Shown: positions 26,253 through 32,741 of the stretch, in pieces
Position numbering within the stretch: position 1 is the stretch's first letter
Layout of the letters: every line of letters begins with the position of its first letter
NCBI GenBank assembly: GCA_964604685.1
Contig: CAZRZS010000002.1
Location: 5,051-37,791, forward strand
Origin: an uncultured Gammaproteobacteria bacterium
Lineage (GTDB): Bacteria; Patescibacteriota; Patescibacteriia; Magasanikbacterales; UBA922
Direction: 5' to 3'
Length of the DNA: 32,741 nucleotides
Notes under the pieces: model-generated
Databases searched by the model: none
Seen by the model: the letters and a program-made list of their open reading frames with translations, nothing else
Told to the model about the DNA's origin: nothing
Made by a program: the position numbers and the translations under genes

Positions 26253-27335
26253 ATGTTCAAACAATTCCCTATCAAAGACGTTGACTTTTTCATGAATTCT
26301 ATTGGCGATGGCATTTTTGTAGTTGATACTAAAGGTAAAATCCTTAAAAGCAATCAGGCCATCTGCGACATGTTAGGATATGGCCAAAACCAAGAAATTG
26401 ACGGCCAAGATGCCCTTAAACTCTTATCGGCTATTGATGATAAAGGTCAAGTTATAACCAAACACAATGCTGCTTTATATGAATCCATTCGTAAAGGTAA
26501 AAAAGTAAATAATGCTATTCGCCAATTTATTAAAAAAAACAGCTTACGCATGTGGGCTTCAATTACTACCACGCCCATAAAAAACCAGACTAACCAAACC
26601 CAAGGGGCAATTGTCATCATTCGCGACATTACTGAAGAACGCCAACAGCAAGAATATCGTACTGACTTTGCCCATATTGCCTCTCACGCCTTGCGCACAC
26701 CTCTAGGCAATATGCTATGGGCAATCGAATATATCCTCAGTGAAAAACCAGGCAAATTAAACAAAGAACAAACTGATTATTTAAACGAAAGTTATCATAC
26801 GCTAAAAGCAATGAATACCATGATTAATGACTTATTAAGTGTTTCACGCTTGCCTGATAAAAAAATGAATCCTCACCTCAAAAAGATTAATTTAAATAAA
26901 ATTATTAAAAATACTTTGAAAAATTATAAATCTTATGCTCAGGCTCAAAATGTCAAGTTCAAATTTGAAAATAATAAAAAAGCCTGCTATATTAAAGCTG
27001 ACGAAGAGTTCCTAAAAATTATTATTCAAAACCTCTTGGAAAACGCTATTCGTTACTGTAATCCTAAAACGGAAATAACTTTTAAAGTAAAAGAAAATAA
27101 AAAAGACACTATCATGTCTTGTACTAATAAAGGCATTGGCATTCCCAATGACAAACAGCCATTCATCTTTGCCAAATTTTTCCGCGCCCCCAATGCCATA
27201 AAAAAACAGGGCAATGGTACTGGTTTAGGGCTTTATATTACCCGCGAAATAGTGAGACTGAACAATGGCAGTATCTGGTTTAAGAGCACACCTAAAAAAG
27301 AAACTACTTTTTATGTAAAATTTAAAAATAGCTAG
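26253..27335 (+). CDS. Cytoplasmic PAS-domain sensor histidine kinase
   Basis: No TM segment. PAS-like N-terminal half, H-box FAHIASHALRTPL, N-box LLENAIRY and G2 box GTGLGLYI. Confidence 0.9.
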   Translation: MFKQFPIKDVDFFMNSIGDGIFVVDTKGKILKSNQAICDMLGYGQNQEIDGQDALKLLSAIDDKGQVITKHNAALYESIRKGKKVNNAIRQFIKKNSLRMWASITTTPIKNQTNQTQGAIVIIRDITEERQQQEYRTDFAHIASHALRTPLGNMLWAIEYILSEKPGKLNKEQTDYLNESYHTLKAMNTMINDLLSVSRLPDKKMNPHLKKINLNKIIKNTLKNYKSYAQAQNVKFKFENNKKACYIKADEEFLKIIIQNLLENAIRYCNPKTEITFKVKENKKDTIMSCTNKGIGIPNDKQPFIFAKFFRAPNAIKKQGNGTGLGLYITREIVRLNNGSIWFKSTPKKETTFYVKFKNS

Positions 27336-27336
27336 T

Positions 27337-27708
27337 ATGCCTAAAAAGAAAACTATCCTCATTCTAGAGGACGAGCACTTTACACTCAAACTTTACAGCC
27401 ATCTTTTAGAAGAAGAAGGCTATGAGGTCTTTGCCACGCCTCAGGCTAATGAAGCTCTAATCATGGCCAAACAACATAAACCAAACCTCTTTATCATCGA
27501 CTTAATGCTACAAGATGGTGATGGATTTTCTGTTATCCGCCAAATACGACAAACTGCGGGATATAAAAAAACCCCAATCGTCGTGTTATCAAATTTGGGG
27601 CAAGAAACTGATATCCGTGAAGCTAAAGAAAAGGGTGCCACAGAATATCTAGTCAAAAGCAACATCCGCTTTGAGGATATGATAAAAATGGTTAAAAAAC
27701 TAATTTAA
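27337..27708 (+). CDS. Stand-alone receiver (CheY-like) response regulator
   Basis: ILILEDE, phospho-acceptor IIDLMLQDGDG, VVLSN and conserved Lys in YLVKS. At 123 aa it has no output domain. It starts 1 nt after the kinase stop. Confidence 0.9.
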   Translation: MPKKKTILILEDEHFTLKLYSHLLEEEGYEVFATPQANEALIMAKQHKPNLFIIDLMLQDGDGFSVIRQIRQTAGYKKTPIVVLSNLGQETDIREAKEKGATEYLVKSNIRFEDMIKMVKKLI

Positions 27709-27790
27709 AAATTTTTGACTATTTTTACCATTTCTTTTTCAATAGTTTTGGTAACAAAAAGTCCCATTATTTTTAATTTCAAATATTATT

Positions 27791-29740
27791 TCAATTCAAT
27801 AAAATTTCATCTCCGGCCATGATAATATCCTCACCAGTAATGGCATCTTTGGCTTTTATCGTCACTTTGGACATGAGATTGCTTTGGGAAGGATTTTTAT
27901 TGTTCAACAATAGACCAAATTGCAAAGCCAAGACATCAACACTGGTGGGCATGGTCTCTACCTGCCAAACCAGCTTTTTTTCTGTCGGATCATATTTAGC
28001 CTCACCAGCAGGTACTACCAAATTTTCCTCCTGCCATGTAACATCGCCATACACATCGGCACTCAATTCAATATCTTGCAGTTCGTGATAACTATTGCTT
28101 AAAAACCAAGTCACGGTATGCAACTCCTTGTTTTGATTATTCTCAATCACTTTATCGCGCAATTCAAACTCAAAATCAGAATTAACAGTCAGATTAATTT
28201 GCTTGGAAGATAATAGCTTTTGACCTCCGCCATTCTCATATTTTACTTCCACCATAGCCGTGGTCAAATATGAAGTAAACTTAGTTAAATCAATATCCTG
28301 GTTATCTTTAAAGGGAATGTGTAAATCAATCAAAAGTTCTTCGCCAGGATCAAGCTGGCGCAAATCTAAAATCTGCTTACTGTTCCAAGTAATATATCCA
28401 CGCCGAGTCTGTGAATTAACCTGCTCCCCGATAATATCGCCATCAGCCAAATCTTCCAGTTCATACCAGTCCAGCATACTCAATTCACTATATGAAGGCG
28501 TTTCAAAAATAAGACGGACAATAACATTTTTAAGCGGAGTATCACCAGCGTTCTTCAAATCAATGGAAATATTTAAAATTTCACCGGGCTGTACAAAAAA
28601 ATCACTCAAAGAACCATTAATAACTAAATTAGCTGATAAATCTGTTTTTAGCAGGACTAAATCAATGACTTCCTCACCTAGCAAGTATGGTTCAAGACTT
28701 TTGTCATCATCTTTCCACACTAACAATTTAAATTTAACTTGAATACTTGCTTCATCAACACTGGGGCTAAACGTTCCTTTAATTCTAATTTCTTTGTCTG
28801 CAACCATTTCACCCAAACTCCATTGATATTCTTCAGCCTCATCAGTGGCAGGCTGGCTATTAGTTTTAGTAAAGCTATTTGCTGTTTCCATAACTAAAGC
28901 TAGATTGGAAATTGATTCATCTGGTTTAATAATATCCACCACAAACTCAGTCTCAGCTCCGGGCACAACTTCTTCTGGGGCCGTGACTACAAAACTCACT
29001 GGTGAATCTTTTATTTCCGTATTTAGACTAGAGACTTTTTGAAATTCCGAACTAAAGTTGGCAGGAAAATAATTTAAAAAAACGCGAAAAGACTGCTGCT
29101 TGCCTAAATCACCATAGAGCTTGCCAAAAATATCAAGATAACCACTGCCCTGTTCTTCTAAAGAACCCAAAACCCACTCATCAGTCTTATCAGAAGTTGG
29201 TGTCTTGCTGGCTGATTCAAAAACAAAACCTTCAGGATAGCGAACTTGCAAAACTACTTTAGATAGAGGCACATTCTGGGCATTGCGATAATGTATCCGG
29301 TAACGAACTTCCTGGCCAGCCATAATTTGTTCTTCACCAGTTATGTTTAAAGTCAAATATTCTTCATTAAAGCGTGATTGAGGTGAAAACATGAAAAAAC
29401 CGGCCCAAGCTACGACCGCCAAAAAAACACAAGCAAATACTAAAACCAAAAAAGCTGTCAGAAGATGATTGCGCTTGTTTTTTTCAAAATCCCCCATGTC
29501 CGGCATGGTGCCATCGCCATTTTGGTAGATCTCTTCCAAATCTTTCTCTATTCTCTTCTCGTCTGCTTGGTTCAACACTGGACTAAACTCCTTGGCTTCT
29601 TTTTGCAGTATTGTCTTTTTCTTAATCTTTATTTTCTTCCTCGCTTGGGGCTTGCTCATTACTTTAGATGTCTCAAGCTCGACTTTGGTAAAACTACGTT
29701 CTTTTTTGTCTTTTGCTGGGGTATTTTTTTTGACAGGCAT
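27791..29740 (-). CDS. Membrane-anchored surface protein with repeated Ig-like/CARDB-DUF11-type beta-sandwich modules (649 aa)
   Basis: Lys-rich N-terminal tail, a single TM segment (LLTAFLVLVFACVFLAVVAWAGFFMF), then repeated segments of about 100 aa such as AGQEVRYRIHYRN...L..V.L.V.YPEGF. The functional call is tentative. Confidence 0.7.
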   Translation of the reverse strand: MPVKKNTPAKDKKERSFTKVELETSKVMSKPQARKKIKIKKKTILQKEAKEFSPVLNQADEKRIEKDLEEIYQNGDGTMPDMGDFEKNKRNHLLTAFLVLVFACVFLAVVAWAGFFMFSPQSRFNEEYLTLNITGEEQIMAGQEVRYRIHYRNAQNVPLSKVVLQVRYPEGFVFESASKTPTSDKTDEWVLGSLEEQGSGYLDIFGKLYGDLGKQQSFRVFLNYFPANFSSEFQKVSSLNTEIKDSPVSFVVTAPEEVVPGAETEFVVDIIKPDESISNLALVMETANSFTKTNSQPATDEAEEYQWSLGEMVADKEIRIKGTFSPSVDEASIQVKFKLLVWKDDDKSLEPYLLGEEVIDLVLLKTDLSANLVINGSLSDFFVQPGEILNISIDLKNAGDTPLKNVIVRLIFETPSYSELSMLDWYELEDLADGDIIGEQVNSQTRRGYITWNSKQILDLRQLDPGEELLIDLHIPFKDNQDIDLTKFTSYLTTAMVEVKYENGGGQKLLSSKQINLTVNSDFEFELRDKVIENNQNKELHTVTWFLSNSYHELQDIELSADVYGDVTWQEENLVVPAGEAKYDPTEKKLVWQVETMPTSVDVLALQFGLLLNNKNPSQSNLMSKVTIKAKDAITGEDIIMAGDEILLN

Positions 29741-29769
29741 AAATAAATATTAAATGAATGTATAAAATT

Positions 29770-32208
29770 TTATTTTTTCTCCATAACTAAACCAATCACT
29801 TCGTCCGTTTCCAAAGTCGTATTAAATTCTGCTCCATTGGTGGCTAAAACCATGTTAGTCCCAGTTTGCCAGACTGGCTGCCAACCAACTGGATAAATAA
29901 TCTGCGAAGTAAAATCATAATTAATGCCAGATTGTTTTTGCACAACCAGACTATACCGTGAACTCTGTTTCTTACTGCCAGTCAATACAGTCTGCCATTT
30001 CTCAACATTACTCTCTGCTTCAATTATATTCACTTTAAAAGGCAATTTATAGGTAAAATAAATGCTACCTGACTCCCCTGGTGGCACAATCATCCAATTA
30101 CCAAAGACAGTTTTGTCAAACTCTTCTGTGATACGCGTACCCGTATTGGCATGAATAGCCACCTCTTTTTCCAAATTATTTAAATCCTTATCCTCCTCAT
30201 ACCAATTCTCAGGTACATGAAAAACAGCTTCCGGCGGATAAACAAAACCACCAGCTTCTATTAATTCTGAACCTCTGGGGACATAAACGCGAACATAATG
30301 GATATTGTCAGAACCATAAAACAATTCGCCGGGTATGCCTAAATGTTTTTTATGTATGACCACTGTATCTACAACCGAACCATCTGGCTGTACTGCCGCC
30401 TGATGCTCTACAACTTGCTTAATCCGCGCATCTGACTTTTGGCCTTGCAAATTCGTGCCCACCACGGCCAAATAATCCTGCTGAATACTGGTGGAAAATA
30501 ATTCACCTGTCCAACCAAAACTACGAAATCTCTTTTGTGTTAAATCATCATTAAAATATACTTGAATTTCTTTTTGTTGCAAAGCTTCATGCAATTCAGC
30601 CAACAAACGAATGTCATTATCAGCATTAAGATTTTTCATTTGCGCTAAAAATTGCCCAGCCAAATCTGCTAAAACCTTCTTAGGTTGGTTCTCGGCTTTG
30701 TCATAATTAACTTCCACTTCATATTGTAATCTGGCCACGGCATCTTCACTGGCAATTTCTAAATCTTGTTCTTCACTGACTACCGGACCCAGTATTTTCA
30801 ATAAACGTTCCAAAACTGAAGCATTAATGGCAATCACGCCATCTACTGTCGTCCCGCGGGCCTGTTCATAAAACCACTCAATCTTTTGGGCTGAAGCTAC
30901 AAAATCGGGAAACCAATTAGCATCCTGAAATTCCCAGCGGGCATTAGTTAATTGCAAAGGCAGAGGTGGTTTGAGATAAGTGTCTAACTGTCCTTGAAGG
31001 TCATAAGAGCCACCGCCAGGAATGTCTAAATTCATCAATTTGCCTTTTTGCAGATCCAAGACAGCAAAACTGCCCATAAAACCACCCGTGGCGCGCAATT
31101 CACTATTGTTTTGAAAGACTAATAAATATCTCTTAAATTGGTCGGCGCCAAAGACTGAGTCCATGGCTCGAACCAGCTCTACCAAATCAGTCATATCATT
31201 AATTAAAGCAGCAAAAAGGAGTTTAAATTCAGAAAAAGACTGCTGGTATTCCACTGGCACAGCAGTTTGGTCCACGGCCGACAATTGTTCTAAAGCTTCC
31301 TGGTATTGGGGAATAGCACTATGCAAATGATTGGCTAGAACTTCAAATCTATCTGTTAAAGCTAGCTCGGCTTGTTCTGATTCGCTAATGCCTTTGACTA
31401 GATAAGTATTGCCGAGTGCCAAATGATGCCCTGCTGTCAATAAATGCTGACGGCTATTAACCTGTTTGCCCACGATTGGTAATAAACCTACGGCATAGAC
31501 CAAAGCGCCATGCTCTTTTTCTAAAATAGTTTCAGCCTTGCTAAAAGAATCTAAAGCTGAATTTAAATCATATTGAGCTTGGGTTAAATTTGATTGGAAA
31601 GCGGCTACTGTAGAAGACTGTAATGATAAAAAGGCATTAGTACTTTCCTCTACCACTTGAGCGTTGGCATCTTTAAGCTTGTTATAATAACCAATGGTAG
31701 GAAAAGGCAGCAAGGCGATTAATAAGATTACAATGGTGCTATATGCCAAACGATTAAGAGTAAACACTTTAATGATATTCTGTCTAGTTTGTGCTAAATT
31801 ATCTCGAACATTCCCCAAATATGCTGACAACTGTAATTTTGGTAATTTAATAGCCGGCCATTTAATCGTGGGTAATTTTATTTGCCGCTTGGTTTTCAAC
31901 TTCTTAACCTTAAATTCACGCTGAGATACGGCTAAATTAGCTGCTCTAACCATTTCACCTAAATTTACAGTCACTCTTTTTTCTCTGGCTATTGGTTTTT
32001 CAGTAAAAACTTGAACACCTTGCCAAACACTTGATTCTGGTTCATTTCTTAAATTAACAACATACGGTGATTGAGTATATTTTTGCGTAACTTTAACTAA
32101 CACCGATTTTCTCTTTGGTGCTTGTTTTTGTTGCCTGAAGATTGGACATTTTCTCTTGTCATGCCCTGTTTTTCTGCAGACAGAACATTGGCGTTTTGTC
32201 TTTTTCAT
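29770..32208 (-). CDS. DUF4012-like membrane-anchored protein with an N-terminal CCHC zinc knuckle (812 aa)
   Basis: Core NNSELRATGGFMGSFAVLDL.KG is the DUF4012 signature as I recall it. A TM segment lies near aa 154-175. The N-terminus reads C-SV-C-RKTG-H-DKRK-C. Confidence 0.8.
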   Translation of the reverse strand: MKKTKRQCSVCRKTGHDKRKCPIFRQQKQAPKRKSVLVKVTQKYTQSPYVVNLRNEPESSVWQGVQVFTEKPIAREKRVTVNLGEMVRAANLAVSQREFKVKKLKTKRQIKLPTIKWPAIKLPKLQLSAYLGNVRDNLAQTRQNIIKVFTLNRLAYSTIVILLIALLPFPTIGYYNKLKDANAQVVEESTNAFLSLQSSTVAAFQSNLTQAQYDLNSALDSFSKAETILEKEHGALVYAVGLLPIVGKQVNSRQHLLTAGHHLALGNTYLVKGISESEQAELALTDRFEVLANHLHSAIPQYQEALEQLSAVDQTAVPVEYQQSFSEFKLLFAALINDMTDLVELVRAMDSVFGADQFKRYLLVFQNNSELRATGGFMGSFAVLDLQKGKLMNLDIPGGGSYDLQGQLDTYLKPPLPLQLTNARWEFQDANWFPDFVASAQKIEWFYEQARGTTVDGVIAINASVLERLLKILGPVVSEEQDLEIASEDAVARLQYEVEVNYDKAENQPKKVLADLAGQFLAQMKNLNADNDIRLLAELHEALQQKEIQVYFNDDLTQKRFRSFGWTGELFSTSIQQDYLAVVGTNLQGQKSDARIKQVVEHQAAVQPDGSVVDTVVIHKKHLGIPGELFYGSDNIHYVRVYVPRGSELIEAGGFVYPPEAVFHVPENWYEEDKDLNNLEKEVAIHANTGTRITEEFDKTVFGNWMIVPPGESGSIYFTYKLPFKVNIIEAESNVEKWQTVLTGSKKQSSRYSLVVQKQSGINYDFTSQIIYPVGWQPVWQTGTNMVLATNGAEFNTTLETDEVIGLVMEKK

Positions 32209-32263
32209 GCAAAATATATTTGCCTGCCCTGAATCGTTTAAAAAACTGATTTAGGATAAGTTA

Positions 32264-32272
32264 ATTATAGCA
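32264..32272 (-). promoter_or_regulatory. Extended -10 element (TGCTATAAT) upstream of the DUF4012 gene
   Basis: The reverse complement of attatagca is TGCTATAAT. It lies 55 nt upstream of the ATG at 32208 and downstream of the glycosyltransferase terminator. Confidence 0.5.
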
Positions 32273-32293
32273 TAATTTGGCTTAAAACAAAAC

Positions 32294-32320
32294 TAAAAAT
32301 CACCCAATTTGTGGATGATT
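32294..32320 (-). terminator. Intrinsic terminator after the glycosyltransferase gene
   Basis: Minus strand reads ATCATCCA-caaat-TGGGTGAT followed by TTTTTAGTTTT. The stem includes a U-G pair. Confidence 0.7.
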
Positions 32321-32342
32321 TTATATACCACGTTTATTTGTA

Positions 32343-32741
32343 TTATCGCCTATACACTACCAACGTTTCTCTGGCCAATTTCTCTCCTGAATATCGCTTT
32401 AATTCCTCTGGCGCTTTTATACTCAAATCATATCTGACATCTTCATTTGTTAAACCAGTCTGAATAACTTCAGCCATCTGCTCAAAATTTTCCGGATCAA
32501 AATATATGGCAGCTTCACCGAGAATTTCCGGCAAACATGAACTGTTGGAAGAGGCCACAGGCACACCATAGGTCATAGCTTCTAAAGGAGGCAGGCCAAA
32601 ACCTTCATACAAACTAGGAAAAACATACAACTTCGCTTGTTTATACAATCCCACTAATTCCTCATCAGAAACAAAGTCAGTGAACACAACGTTTCCTCCC
32701 CTTCCCGAGATGAAACTCGGGACAAGTTCCGGGGAGGGCAG
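32343..32741 (-). CDS. GT4-family glycosyltransferase, C-terminal part; the 5' end runs off the window through a repeat module
   Basis: FPSLYEGFGLPPLEAMTYGVPV is the GT-B/GT4 EX7E region. The frame stays open upstream of the track's GTG start (32687) for all 18 remaining codons ([18 protein letters not shown]). Confidence 0.85.
   Translation of the reverse strand: MPSPELVPSFISGRGGNVVFTDFVSDEELVGLYKQAKLYVFPSLYEGFGLPPLEAMTYGVPVASSNSSCLPEILGEAAIYFDPENFEQMAEVIQTGLTNEDVRYDLSIKAPEELKRYSGEKLARETLVVYRR
32695..32738 (-). repeat. Hairpin module A, copy in the glycosyltransferase gene
   Basis: Reverse complement of module A. It is followed at the window edge by cag, which reverse-complements to ctg, the same module B junction (ggctgccctcc) seen in tgt. 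Confidence 0.88.

Overview
AT-rich, tightly packed bacterial window. The gene content fits a reduced-genome, single-membrane lineage such as Candidate Phyla Radiation/Patescibacteria; that assignment is an inference from gene content only. TGA acts as a stop codon, so the standard code applies. Order along the window: (1) two minus-strand tRNAs (Ile-GAT, Val-GAC), an orphan structured sRNA of about 180 nt with a consensus promoter and terminator, and a 130-aa hypothetical gene. (2) ndk, a UvrD/PcrA helicase and a YvpB/C39-like peptidase. (3) A queuosine-salvage group: tgt overlapping yhhQ, with queA convergent. (4) A cell-wall operon: FemAB-like transferase, PAP2 phosphatase, sugar nucleotidyltransferase, mltG, then queA. 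(5) rpmF-nusB-rnc-tRNA-Lys-tRNA-Arg. (6) A 12.3 kb type IV pilus operon: pilB, pilC, six minor or accessory pilins including a 1116-aa and a LamG-bearing pilin, a pilM/N fusion and two major pilin paralogues. It has no secretin, pilT or prepilin peptidase in the window. (7) A divergent PAS histidine kinase plus CheY-like receiver. (8) Two large membrane-anchored surface proteins, one DUF4012-like with a CCHC zinc knuckle, and a partial GT4 glycosyltransferase. The most unusual signal is a family of GC-rich hairpin modules built on CCTCCCC-loop-GGGGAGG arms. They sit inside open reading frames of unrelated housekeeping genes (uvrD at three sites, the peptidase at two or three, tgt at two, the glycosyltransferase at one). 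The same module is read in different frames and orientations, which resembles Rickettsia palindromic elements. Other points: TGnTATAAT extended -10 promoters, apparently leaderless and mostly Shine-Dalgarno-free starts, and modular pilins that share N- and C-terminal halves around inserted adhesin-type domains.
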